64,000 bases of DNA from Nitrosopumilaceae archaeon (GTDB taxonomy: Archaea; Thermoproteota; Nitrososphaeria; Nitrososphaerales; Nitrosopumilaceae), in contig OZ242274.1 in assembly GCA_965207375.1 (NCBI GenBank), positions 1,088,001-1,152,000 on the forward strand, given 5' to 3'. Below the pieces are notes generated by a model. The model was given only the letters and a program-made list of their open reading frames with translations. It was not told the DNA's origin and made no database searches. The position numbers were made by a program, and so were the translations under genes. Below are positions 1 through 9,485 of this stretch, piece by piece; position 1 is the stretch's first letter; each line of letters starts with the position of its first letter.

Positions 1-1561
1 TGCCGCATCTGATCTTGAGGTGTACCACTCACCATTTGGCTGGACAAAATCTTATAGTATCAAAGTAAAGGGGCATCCTTTGGCAGAAAGCTTCAAGGTA
101 ATAACTCGTGACGGTAAGGACGTAGATGACTCGTCTAATGCACTCAAGGGCGAATCTAAAATAAAGTCATATTGGAATATTTTATCTCCTGATGGAACAC
201 TGACCTTGATTGAAGACTATGATTTTGCAAATCATCCTAAATTGGAAATTCTATCAAAATACGAATCTGATAAAAAACGCAATGTGGATGAGCCTCCACC
301 ACATGTTGCATTGATGAAAAAAATGGCAATTGCAGATTATGAACCTGCTTCTGATTCTGGCAACATGAGATTTTATCCAAATGGACGACTGATCAAATCT
401 TTGATTGAACAATACGTGACAAACCGCATCAAAGCATATGGTGGATATGAGGTGGAGACTCCTATAATGTATGATTCACATCATCCAAGCATGAAAAGTT
501 ACTTTAATCGATTTCCTGCAAGACAGTACAGTATAGATTCTGAGGGAAAACAACTCTTTTTGCGTTTTGCTGCATGCTTTGGACAATTTCTCATGGCACA
601 TGACTTTCAAATGTCGTACAAGAATCTGCCTTATCGGCTGTACGAGCTTACCAGGTACAGCTTTCGACGAGAGCAATCAGGCGAACTAGTGGGATTGCGG
701 CGATTGCGTGCCTTTACAATGCCTGACTGTCATGCGTTTTGTGCAGATATGGACCAGGCATTAGATGAACTTAAAACTCGTTTTGATCTTTCAAAAAGTG
801 TAATTTCTGAGTTGGGCATCAAAGAAGACAATTATGAGATGGCAATTAGGTTTACTGAGGATTTTTACAATGAAAACAAGTCTTTGATTTTAGAGCTTGT
901 AAAAAAACACGGAAAACCTGTCCTAGTTGAAATGTGGAAGGAAAAATTCTTTTATTTTGTTTTAAAATGGGAGTTTAATTACATTGATAATCTTGGAAAG
1001 GCATCTGCTCTTTCTACTGATCAAATAGATATAGAAAACGGTAGTCGTTACGGAATAGACTTTGTTGATGAAAACAACATACGCAAACATCCTTTGATTT
1101 TACACAACTCGCCAAGTGGGGCAGTAGAACGTGTAATTTATGCACTGCTAGAAAATGCTGCCAAAGATGCCAAAAAAGGCATAAAGCCGCAGCTGCCCTT
1201 GTGGCTGTCTCCGACCCAGGTTAGAATAATACCACTAAAAGAAGAGTTTGCAGAATTTAGCAAAAATTTGGCAGACAAAATATCTGCAAACAATATACGG
1301 GTTGATATTGATGATAGAAACGAATCTATTGCAAAACGTGTCCGCGAGGCAGAAAAGGAATGGATTCATTACATTTTAGTCATTGGAGAAAAAGAGATCG
1401 ATTCTGCAATTCTTAACATGAGGGACAGACAAACAGGAGACCTGCGCCAGCTATCTCTTGAGGATCTTGTAGGTGAAATTAAACAAAAAACAAGGGACAA
1501 GCCCTTTTCAACTCTCAATCTTCCACAGTATCTATCTCGGCGCCCACAAATCATGGTATGA
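1..1561 (+). CDS. thrS: Threonyl-tRNA synthetase, archaeal type (5' truncated by window edge)
   Basis: Archaeal editing-domain motif SPFGWTK, class II motif 2 YSFRREQSGELVGLRRLRAFTMPDCH, and C-terminal anticodon-binding domain (PLWLSPTQVRIIP). Confidence 0.96.
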   Translation, partial: AASDLEVYHSPFGWTKSYSIKVKGHPLAESFKVITRDGKDVDDSSNALKGESKIKSYWNILSPDGTLTLIEDYDFANHPKLEILSKYESDKKRNVDEPPPHVALMKKMAIADYEPASDSGNMRFYPNGRLIKSLIEQYVTNRIKAYGGYEVETPIMYDSHHPSMKSYFNRFPARQYSIDSEGKQLFLRFAACFGQFLMAHDFQMSYKNLPYRLYELTRYSFRREQSGELVGLRRLRAFTMPDCHAFCADMDQALDELKTRFDLSKSVISELGIKEDNYEMAIRFTEDFYNENKSLILELVKKHGKPVLVEMWKEKFFYFVLKWEFNYIDNLGKASALSTDQIDIENGSRYGIDFVDENNIRKHPLILHNSPSGAVERVIYALLENAAKDAKKGIKPQLPLWLSPTQVRIIPLKEEFAEFSKNLADKISANNIRVDIDDRNESIAKRVREAEKEWIHYILVIGEKEIDSAILNMRDRQTGDLRQLSLEDLVGEIKQKTRDKPFSTLNLPQYLSRRPQIMV

Positions 1562-1567
1562 TGTGAG

Positions 1568-2437
1568 ATGAGTTTTTCAGAACTATACATGAGTCGCAAT
1601 CCTCTAATTACTGCATCCTGCGAGGGGGAACCTGTTGCTACTGTTTTTGGAATCCCATTTGATTCTACGCATTCATACAAGCCAGGATGCCGTTTTGGTC
1701 CAGATGCAATACGTGAGGCCTTTAACAATATCGAGATATTTCATCCACAACTACAAGTTGATCTTGAAACCGTAAATATTGAGGATCTTGGAAATATCAC
1801 CCACACTGTTGCCTCATCTGAAATGATTGAGATGGCAACAAAGGTAACCCAAGAACTAGCTCAAAAAAACTATCAGCTTTTTGTTTTGGGAGGAGAACAC
1901 TCTGTCACGTATGGCACATACATGGGCTTTCCAAAGCAAACAGGTTATATTGTATTTGATGCACATTATGATTTACGAGATCAGTATGCAGGCACAAAAC
2001 TGAGTCATGCATCGTATTTGAGAAGAATTGTAGAGCAACGAGGTGCAGACAATATCATTCATGTGGGTGCACGTGCATTTGTAAAAGAAGAACTTGCATT
2101 TTTAACACAACACAAAATCAAAACCATCTCTGATAAGGATATTCGCAACGGCAAAGGGCCACAACTAGTACGTGATGCAATTTCTGTTTTTGATAGAACC
2201 TATGCAAGCTTTGATTTGGATGTTTTAGATCCTGCATTTGCCCCAGGGGTTGGAAATCCCGAATCTGAAGGAATCACATCTCGGGAATTATTTGACATGA
2301 TTCGTTTTATGGCAGATGCCAAACTAGTAGGAATTGACATTGTGGAATTAAATCCCACATATGATACAGGAGCTACTGCAGTGTTGGCTGCCAAGATAAT
2401 ATCTACAATCATTGCAATGAATCTCTCAAAGATTTAG
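1568..2437 (+). CDS. speB: Agmatinase (ureohydrolase family)
   Basis: GIPFD, GCRFGP, GGEHS, DAHYD, SFDLDVLDPAFAPG and IVELNP motifs. Confidence 0.92.
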   Translation: MSFSELYMSRNPLITASCEGEPVATVFGIPFDSTHSYKPGCRFGPDAIREAFNNIEIFHPQLQVDLETVNIEDLGNITHTVASSEMIEMATKVTQELAQKNYQLFVLGGEHSVTYGTYMGFPKQTGYIVFDAHYDLRDQYAGTKLSHASYLRRIVEQRGADNIIHVGARAFVKEELAFLTQHKIKTISDKDIRNGKGPQLVRDAISVFDRTYASFDLDVLDPAFAPGVGNPESEGITSRELFDMIRFMADAKLVGIDIVELNPTYDTGATAVLAAKIISTIIAMNLSKI

Positions 2438-2458
2438 TTGTGTGGTTTTTGATAGTTG

Positions 2459-2596
2459 GTAATTGACAAATCTTGCCAAAATTTACACTTGCCACGATTT
2501 ACAATATGTGCTGACTTGTGTTTTATCAAATACTGGCAAAAAATGTTAGACAGTGATATTGTGTTTAATTTGTAGCCTCTATTTTCTTCAAGGTGT
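2459..2596 (-). pseudogene. 3' remnant (TLKKIEATN* plus ~105 bp downstream element) of a third copy of the variable surface-protein gene
   Basis: Aligns directly with 3810-3944 and 20543-20674. Stop codon at 2565-2567. Homology ends abruptly at 2596. Confidence 0.88.
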
Positions 2597-3000
2597 AAGT
2601 AGAGCCTGACAACAACTGAGTGGAGAGAATGAACCTGCGTTTTGTATCAATACGGAACGATGGAGGCGGGAATCACTCTGCTGCAGGCATGATGCCAATT
2701 CTATACTGTTTACCATACTGGCAACTAGCAAGATTCAAGATACTGTCTTTTATGACATTCTAAGAAATTCCTACAGCCCCAGATAGCATTATTTCATTTC
2801 TGTATATCATATCCTGAGGAATACCAAATTGCAATTATAGTGGATGTTGTGCATGACCATCTGAGAGATCTTCAAAAAGCGAAACAGTTACATTTTTTAA
2901 ACTGCATGATTTCTACTTGAATAATTTGTCATAAAAATCGTCTTTAGACCTGTTGGTGCATTTTGGGGATCTTAGAATAATTTGATCTGAGAACCATTTA

Positions 3001-3228
3001 TCATAATTTTTTTAAAAAATCTTCTTTTTTGATTTCTGCAAGAGATAAAATGCCAAAAATAGTCCCAACCTTCACCTCTTTGTGTAATGGAACTATTGTG
3101 ACTATTTTTCTATCTTTTAGAAATCTATGCAAAACAATATGACTTCCTCTCTGACGTGAGACTTGAAAATCAAAGTTGTCAACAAGAATTTTAACTATCT
3201 TATTTCCTTCAAGTCTAGGGAATTTCAA
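3001..3228 (-). CDS. hicA: HicA-family toxin (mRNA interferase)
   Basis: RQRGSHIVL and VPLHKEVKVGTIFGIL motifs. Likely TTG start at 3228 overlapping the hicB end. Confidence 0.88.
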   Translation of the reverse strand: MKFPRLEGNKIVKILVDNFDFQVSRQRGSHIVLHRFLKDRKIVTIVPLHKEVKVGTIFGILSLAEIKKEDFLKKL

Positions 3229-3424
3229 CGCTTGACATCCCAACAATATCTATATTCTGTATGGTATTTTTTACATCTGGCATTTCTTCAAGATAAAGAT
3301 TAACTGCTTCTTTGATATTTGTTAATGCTTCTTCTATTGTGGTGCCTTGTGTGGTCACCCCTGTAGATGCTTCCTTTATCACGTACGTGTCGCCTTCCCT
3401 CCAAAATATTGTCTGTAATTTCAT
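3215..3424 (-). CDS. hicB: HicB-family antitoxin
   Basis: GVTTQGTTIEEALTNIKEAVNLYLE signature, lying directly upstream of hicA. Confidence 0.9.
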   Translation of the reverse strand: MKLQTIFWREGDTYVIKEASTGVTTQGTTIEEALTNIKEAVNLYLEEMPDVKNTIQNIDIVGMSSVEIP

Positions 3425-3466
3425 GTCTTAATTGCAAGTCAAATGATTTTAATCTTTTTGGTTTGA

Positions 3467-3567
3467 CAGCTAAGCGAAATGTAATCCAAACTCTTACACT
3501 GACCATATTGTTCTGTTTACATTTCAGAGTAGATTTTGGCCTATTTTGCCCACATTTCGCTTAGCTG
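3467..3567. mobile_element. ~100-bp MITE, copy 1
   Basis: Perfect terminal inverted repeat CAGCTAAGCGAAATGT/ACATTTCGCTTAGCTG, flanking 5-bp direct repeat TTTGA, and a homologous copy at 37413-37512. Confidence 0.75.
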
Positions 3568-3912
3568 TTTGACTAGTTTGTGTTATAACCCTGCCTAGAA
3601 TTTTTCAAAATTTGCAGTTTTCAGGCCAGATTCCATCTGGGAGAGATCAACATGATGATACAATAGACAAAGTTTGACCTTTCAGATCCAAATAGCAGGA
3701 CTGCCCTACTCATCTCAGATTGAACATAAGAGATGGGCAAACAGTCCTGACACGATACGAAACAAGGAGACATAATCTTCGGCAACGCCTTGTACCTGAG
3801 AGGTGGTTCGTAATTGACAAATCTTGTCAAAATTTCTATTTGATTATGCAAGTTCCAAGCCTTTTGTGTTTTATGACACAATAACAGAAAATGTTAGACA
3901 GTGATATTGTGT

Positions 3913-5922
3913 TTAATTTGCAGTCTCTATTTTCTTCAAGGTGTCAGCTATTTGTTGCCATAATGGATTAGAATATTTTTGAGTGTTGTTTTGAGCCTCT
4001 GCTGCAGTCATAGGATTATCATGTTCTGTAATGTTAAATGCTGCCAAGACTCTATTCCATAAATCAGCTTGTTCTTTTACAGCTTCAATTAAAGTTGCAT
4101 TTATCGTGTATGGTGATTCTGGTACTGGTTCTACTGTAGGTGTTGGTTCTACTGGTTCAACCTGTGGTGTATCTTGAGCAATATTTGATGTGTGATTAAT
4201 CTGTGGTACGTGTATTTCCTGTGGCTCTTGTGGTGGTGTATTTTGTGTTGCATTTTGCTGTTGCTGCTGTTGTTGCTGCTGCTGCTGTTGTTGTTGCTGT
4301 GCAATTGCAGCCTCACGCTCTTGTAAGATATTTGCAATCTTGACCCATAATGGACTAGAGTATTTCTTTGTATTTGCCTGAGCCTCTGCTGCAGTAAGTG
4401 GATTATCATGTTGTATCACTCCAAATGCTGCAAGTGCTCTATTCCATCTGTCAACGTGTTGGTGACCGTGATGTACTTGACTTGCAAGGTACTTTATATC
4501 CTCAATTAGTTCTGGATCAGCTGTAGGTATTAGTATAGATTCTGGTACAATGTATGGTGTATCTTGTGCAATATTTGATGTATGATTAATCTGTGGTACA
4601 TGTATTTCCTGTGGTGAATCTTGAGGTTGCTGTGCGGCTGCATCCCTTGCAGCCTCTAATTTCTTTAATTCTTCATATACCAAATTCCAAAATGGCACGT
4701 TGCTGTATTTTTCTACATTGGCTAGAGCCTCTTCTGCAGTCATAGGATTAGAGTGTTCTATTTCTCCAAATGCTGCCAAGACCCTATTCCATAAATCAAC
4801 GTGTTCTGCACCAAGCTGCGTTTGTGTTGCCATTATCTTTGCACCGTCTATTACTGATGGATCAATTTCATCATACGGATTTTCTGGTATTGGAACGCCA
4901 GTTTTGATGGGGGTTAGGTCACCGCCAATATCATTGTCAGTTATATCAATTGTTATGCTAGAAGACCCAACTATTGTATAAGATGAGTGTGGGCGTATCG
5001 TAAACGTAACACTGCCGTCATTTTCGTTTGCATTATCATTGTTGGTAAATATACCGTAGGCTCTTGTATCTGGAGTTGTTATGTAATTACCTGGTGGTGT
5101 CAAAGAGTCAATGAAATCTCCAGTCTGTGAAATGGTGATATGTACTGCTATGTCCTGACTTGCATCCCACAATGCATTTACTGTTGTGCCTTCAACCACT
5201 GATGGATCCTGCGTATTCCACCTCAAATTACTTATTGTAGGTCCTGTAGGCTGTACAGTGGTAGTAGCACCAAACGAAGCCTCCCAATAATGTTGGCTGC
5301 TTTGTATTATATCTGATGGAGTGTGTGAATGTATCCAGTCATAGAGGTATGGGTTATCTACAGTGCGTTCTACTATTGGTGAAACCTGGACAAGTAGTGA
5401 TTCACCATTTACAACATTTCCTGCGTATGTAGTCCATGAGGCAGTACCTGTATTTGACCCTTCATTGATGGTTATCTTTTTGAAGAGCCAAGGATTGTTG
5501 CCTCTAAATGTTTCAGTGTCGCTGCCAGTGCCACCTACTGTGGCCATATTGAAATTATCACATCTATTTGCTGTACCGTGTGGCTTGGAACTGTGAGATA
5601 ATTGACAGTCATCAATTTGTACCCAAAATTCTATTTTCTCTCCTGTTTTGAGGCTCTCATCTAGAGTTACAGTTACTGTGAAGGGTTGGCCATGAGCTGT
5701 ATTACTGGTTGTGACTTGGGCCTTGTTTATCTTGCCATCATCTCTATAAAATTGAGGGGACATTGTAACGGATGAATCCTCTTGGTGACAGAATTGGTTA
5801 GTCAGTGATTTGGATCTAATGTCCCAACATAACTCATGTTCGGAGAATGCCTCTGGTGTTTGAACACCAAACAATAATGATACTGAAACTGCCATAATAA
5901 CTGCAAAGTATAATGTTTTCAC
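3913..5922 (-). CDS. Secreted variable surface protein, copy 1 (signal peptide, Cys-paired beta-rich N-domain, Calx-beta-like domain, 3 helical repeats, polyQ linker)
   Basis: Hydrophobic N-terminus ending PEAFS. Calx-beta-like SVVEG...NDNANENDGSVTFTI...YTIV...ITDND. Three WNRxLAAF..HxNPxTAxEA repeats. Paralogue at 20643-22778. Confidence 0.85.
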   Translation of the reverse strand: MKTLYFAVIMAVSVSLLFGVQTPEAFSEHELCWDIRSKSLTNQFCHQEDSSVTMSPQFYRDDGKINKAQVTTSNTAHGQPFTVTVTLDESLKTGEKIEFWVQIDDCQLSHSSKPHGTANRCDNFNMATVGGTGSDTETFRGNNPWLFKKITINEGSNTGTASWTTYAGNVVNGESLLVQVSPIVERTVDNPYLYDWIHSHTPSDIIQSSQHYWEASFGATTTVQPTGPTISNLRWNTQDPSVVEGTTVNALWDASQDIAVHITISQTGDFIDSLTPPGNYITTPDTRAYGIFTNNDNANENDGSVTFTIRPHSSYTIVGSSSITIDITDNDIGGDLTPIKTGVPIPENPYDEIDPSVIDGAKIMATQTQLGAEHVDLWNRVLAAFGEIEHSNPMTAEEALANVEKYSNVPFWNLVYEELKKLEAARDAAAQQPQDSPQEIHVPQINHTSNIAQDTPYIVPESILIPTADPELIEDIKYLASQVHHGHQHVDRWNRALAAFGVIQHDNPLTAAEAQANTKKYSSPLWVKIANILQEREAAIAQQQQQQQQQQQQQQQNATQNTPPQEPQEIHVPQINHTSNIAQDTPQVEPVEPTPTVEPVPESPYTINATLIEAVKEQADLWNRVLAAFNITEHDNPMTAAEAQNNTQKYSNPLWQQIADTLKKIETAN
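4255..4299 (-). repeat. CAG/CAA trinucleotide tract encoding Q15
   Basis: 15 consecutive Gln codons. The paralogue has 6 (21084-21101). Confidence 0.95.
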
Positions 5923-5963
5923 AAAATTAACGGGGGGGGGGTTCTAAAAATGTTGCGATTTGA
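5923..5963 (-). promoter_or_regulatory. Putative promoter of copy 1 with C10 homopolymer between TATA-like TTTTTAGAA and GTG start
   Basis: G10 at 5932-5941 on the + strand. The ~40-bp context is identical to that upstream of the paralogue except for tract length. Confidence 0.6.
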
Positions 5964-6038
5964 ACCAAGAGGTAAAATGAATCCATAATTGCCATCTGAG
6001 ACATGATTCATAATTAGATCTGGGCACGGATTTTTGCT

Positions 6039-6146
6039 CTTGTTAGGCGTGATTTTCTAATTACGACTCACCTCTTAGAGGAAACAGGAATATCCGTATG
6101 GACCCTAAACTTGTTAGGCGTGATTTTCTAATTACGACTCACCTCT
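6039..6146. repeat. Two perfect 37-bp direct repeats (CTTGTTAGGCGTGATTTTCTAATTACGACTCACCTCT) separated by 34 bp
   Basis: Copies at 6039-6075 and 6110-6146. Confidence 0.9.
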
Positions 6147-6404
6147 CTGGATTATTTTGACTGCATTTTACCTATACGTACAAACATCAAAAAATGTCTG
6201 TATCTGTTACCTTTGCTTTGAATTTATGGTAATTTTAGGCATCAAATTACCTTTTTAAAAATAGAACAAAAATCTAGGATGATGTTAACTGTTACAAATG
6301 TTTCATGTATCTAGATGAACAGTTATGCCTGTATGATTTTAGATGATCTGAGAAAACCACAGATCAGGCACAACATACAAAAACCAGATAATCGTTTCAC
6401 ATAT

Positions 6405-8000
6405 GTGCAGACAAAATTTATTTTTGTGACAGGCGGTGTTATGTCTGGCCTTGGAAAGGGTGTAACTACTTCCTCTATTGCCAAACTATTGCAACTGACC
6501 AATCAAAAAGTATCTTGTATCAAGATAGATCCATACCTAAACTATGATGCAGGTACGATGAATCCTGTAGCTCATGGGGAGGTCTTTGTCACAGAGGATG
6601 GAGGAGAATGTGATATGGATATTGGAAACTATGAGCGATTTCTAAATCAAAATATTCCAAAATCCCACAATATAACAACTGCCCAGGTTTATTCTAGTGT
6701 TATTGAGGCAGAAAGAAAGGGACAATATCTAGGTGCATGTGTTCAAATCATTCCCCATGTAACTGATGAAATTAAAAAAAGAATAAAGTTGGTTGCAGAA
6801 TCTGAAGAATTGGATATTCTAGTTGTAGAATGCGGCGGAACCGTAGGCGACATTGAAAGTCTACCATTTTTGGAGGCGTTAAGACAGATGAGAGTAGAGG
6901 CTGGATCAGAAAATGTATTGTTTGTACATGTTACACTAGCCCCATCACTAGAGGTGGTAGGGGAGCAAAAAACCAAACCCACACAGCACAGCGTTCAAGA
7001 ATTGCGCAGAATCGGTATTCAACCAGACCTGCTTGCAGTAAGATGTACACAACCGTTGGAGGAAAAGACAAAACAAAAGATTGCATTATTTACCAATGTG
7101 GGAACCAAAGACGTGTTTTCATGTCATGATGTAAAATCAATATTTATGGTTCCACAGATTCTATATGAGCAGGGAATCATTGATACTATATTCAAAAAAT
7201 TTGACAAAGTAGGATTGGTAAACACTGCAAAAAGCTGGGACAAATGGAGTGTCATAGTTCATAACATGACAAATCATGCAGGCAAGGTAAACATAGCAAT
7301 GGTTGGAAAATATGTAACACTAGCAGACAGCTATGTAAGTGTAAATCATGCACTCAAACATGCGGGAGCAAAAATTGGAAAATCGATTTTGATAGACTGG
7401 ATTGATTCTGAAGAGTTGGGAAATACCAGCAAACTGCAAAACTATGATGGAATTTTGGTGCCTGGAGGGTTTGGTACTAGGGGCGCTGAGGGAATCATTC
7501 AGGCAGCAAATCTTGCAAGAGAGAAAAATATTGCATATCTTGGAATTTGTTTTGGATTTCAGCTGGCAGCAGTTGCGTTTGGCCGCAATGTTTGCAATTA
7601 CAAAGAAGCAAACTCTACTGAAATCAATCCCGACACCGAAAATCCAATTATTGATCTGCTGCCAGAGCAAAAAAAGATCTCTGATATAGGGGGCTCACTG
7701 AGACTAGGAGCAAACGACATTCATATACAGGATAACACACTTGCAAGACGCATCTACAATTCAGATATTATTTCAAAAAGGCACCGTCACAGATATGAAA
7801 TAAACAAAGACTATATCCGTGAATTTGCAGACAAGGGATTAATTTTTACCGGACAAAGTGATAATGGTAAAAGAATGGAGATCTTGGAAATTCCAGATCA
7901 TAAATTTTTCCTAGGTGTGCAGTATCACCCAGAATTTAGCAGCAGGCCCGGTTTTCCTGAGGAATCTTTTGAGGCCTTTGTGAGTGCTGCAGCAGGCTAG
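6405..8000 (+). CDS. pyrG: CTP synthase
   Basis: [37 protein letters not shown] and QYHPEF motifs. GTG start at 6405 preferred over 6315. Confidence 0.97.
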   Translation: MQTKFIFVTGGVMSGLGKGVTTSSIAKLLQLTNQKVSCIKIDPYLNYDAGTMNPVAHGEVFVTEDGGECDMDIGNYERFLNQNIPKSHNITTAQVYSSVIEAERKGQYLGACVQIIPHVTDEIKKRIKLVAESEELDILVVECGGTVGDIESLPFLEALRQMRVEAGSENVLFVHVTLAPSLEVVGEQKTKPTQHSVQELRRIGIQPDLLAVRCTQPLEEKTKQKIALFTNVGTKDVFSCHDVKSIFMVPQILYEQGIIDTIFKKFDKVGLVNTAKSWDKWSVIVHNMTNHAGKVNIAMVGKYVTLADSYVSVNHALKHAGAKIGKSILIDWIDSEELGNTSKLQNYDGILVPGGFGTRGAEGIIQAANLAREKNIAYLGICFGFQLAAVAFGRNVCNYKEANSTEINPDTENPIIDLLPEQKKISDIGGSLRLGANDIHIQDNTLARRIYNSDIISKRHRHRYEINKDYIREFADKGLIFTGQSDNGKRMEILEIPDHKFFLGVQYHPEFSSRPGFPEESFEAFVSAAAG

Positions 8001-8419
8001 CAGTATTGCTTTAACCTCTTGATAGAATCGTCAATTTTTGGCAGATCAGACTTAAAATCAGAATTGCCCTCTAAGAGTCTAGTATAATATACGTCAGCAT
8101 CATCTACTGCCTTTATGATGTCTGCCTTGTAGCAAATCATTGCCTTTTCAATAATTTCTGTATCCTTTTCTAATTCTGATAATGTGGATGTATCTGTCAG
8201 ACTTGTACGTAGTCTGTTTGCAATGGGTTTGAGTTTGGGTGTATTTTTTGTGGCTTCTGATTGCAAAATAGAGCCAAACATCGCACCTGTATCTGCAATT
8301 TCTGGACTGTCTGAAATTCGGTGCAATCGCCTGTTATAGTGATTTAATGCACGCATTATAATCTCAAACCCTCCCTCGTTTTTGATAAAAATAGAACCAA
8401 GCCATGTTTTTTCTGCCAA
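7997..8419 (-). CDS. Hypothetical protein
   Basis: 140-aa ORF with normal composition, packed between pyrG and the NAD kinase gene. Confidence 0.7.
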   Translation of the reverse strand: MAEKTWLGSIFIKNEGGFEIIMRALNHYNRRLHRISDSPEIADTGAMFGSILQSEATKNTPKLKPIANRLRTSLTDTSTLSELEKDTEIIEKAMICYKADIIKAVDDADVYYTRLLEGNSDFKSDLPKIDDSIKRLKQYC

Positions 8420-8446
8420 TATGACAATGGTATGTTGCTGTAGTAT

Positions 8447-9448
8447 TTATTCCAACTTGCAAATCTCATAAATTTTTTGCCGTGCATCGCGAATTGAGAT
8501 CTTCTTTTTTACATACCCTTTTTCTAAAAGATGACTCAGTGCCAATCTGACGGTTCTCTCAGGTAACAACGTTTTATTTGCAAGCTCCTTTTGAGTCATC
8601 TCGCCTTCGTACTCTAGCGTCTTTAAGAGCAATTTTGAGCTAGGTGGCATGCTTAATAGCTCCTTTGCAAGATTTACCTTTTTTGCAAGTGCAGAAATTG
8701 CAGTAGAATCTTGTTTTAATCTGATTATTTTGGCAGCAGGAGAGAATCTAGAACACTCTACTAGTTTTTTTACGTTATACCTGATAATGCCGTCTAAAAC
8801 AACCTCACAGTGCATTCTTGCAGAAATATCATCAATCTCGATGGTACTATCATTGGATACTATAAGGGGTCTGCGTGTAACATCAAGCGAATTGACAGAA
8901 ATAATTCCAAATACTGGAGATTCTTGAAAAATCACGGGTCCTCCTGCAGACATTGAATATGCCGATGAGCCTATGGGGGTGGAAATAATTATTCCGTCAC
9001 TGTTGTCATGCCAGACCTCCTGTCCGTTTACACGCAGGGTGTGCTCCATCAACATTGCACTTTTAGATGAAAAAACTGCAACATCATTTAAAATGGTGTA
9101 GGTATTTTTCCCGTCTATTTTCACACCAAGCCTTGGAACCTCCTCGACTTCGTATTTCTTCCTCTTTAGTTTAGATACATATGATACAAACTCTTTGTAA
9201 TCAATTTGTGCCAAAAATCCACTAGCTTCGCCCTCGCTGATTCCAATTACTGGAGTTGTGGCATCACGTGTGTGGTGAAAGTAATTTCGTACTCCCTTAT
9301 CTCCCCCTAAAACCAAAATACAATCTGCTGATTTTGCCTTGGATTTTGGGCCTATGGTAAAATTACCAATGTCTGCATCATCTAAAATTTTCTTAATTTT
9401 TTTAATCGATGATTCAGATACGTCTGTACTGTATATTCCAATCTGCAC
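8447..9448 (-). CDS. NAD(+) kinase with C-terminal winged-helix (MarR-like) domain
   Basis: LGGDKG, LND and DGIIISTPIGSSAYSMSAGGP motifs. C-terminal HTH MTQKELANKTLLPERTVRLAL. Confidence 0.88.
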   Translation of the reverse strand: MQIGIYSTDVSESSIKKIKKILDDADIGNFTIGPKSKAKSADCILVLGGDKGVRNYFHHTRDATTPVIGISEGEASGFLAQIDYKEFVSYVSKLKRKKYEVEEVPRLGVKIDGKNTYTILNDVAVFSSKSAMLMEHTLRVNGQEVWHDNSDGIIISTPIGSSAYSMSAGGPVIFQESPVFGIISVNSLDVTRRPLIVSNDSTIEIDDISARMHCEVVLDGIIRYNVKKLVECSRFSPAAKIIRLKQDSTAISALAKKVNLAKELLSMPPSSKLLLKTLEYEGEMTQKELANKTLLPERTVRLALSHLLEKGYVKKKISIRDARQKIYEICKLE

Positions 9449-9485
9449 ATGGAAATATCAAAATTGTATAATAAAAGCCTACAAA

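Noticed and set aside
2597-2940. Possible decayed IS630 transposase or tRNA fragment
   Set aside because: Only faint motif resemblance with many stops, and no cloverleaf or TIR can be drawn.
3676-3750. Imperfect hairpin CAGGACTG...CAGTCCTG as structured ncRNA
   Set aside because: Single copy with no recognisable family. The region looks like decayed coding sequence.
3810-3912. Integron attC-like cassette site (GTCTAAC, an RYYYAAC match, 13 bp after each surface-gene stop)
   Set aside because: No matching GTTRRRY at the distal end, no extended palindrome and no integron integrase in the window.
6061-6071. Similarity of the 37-bp repeat (TACGACTCAC) to the T7 promoter core
   Set aside because: The TATAG initiation element is absent and there is no phage RNA polymerase. 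A 10-bp match is likely chance.
6039-6146. Formal CRISPR array call
   Set aside because: Only two repeats, atypical ends, and no leader or cas genes. Kept as a repeat and a finding instead.
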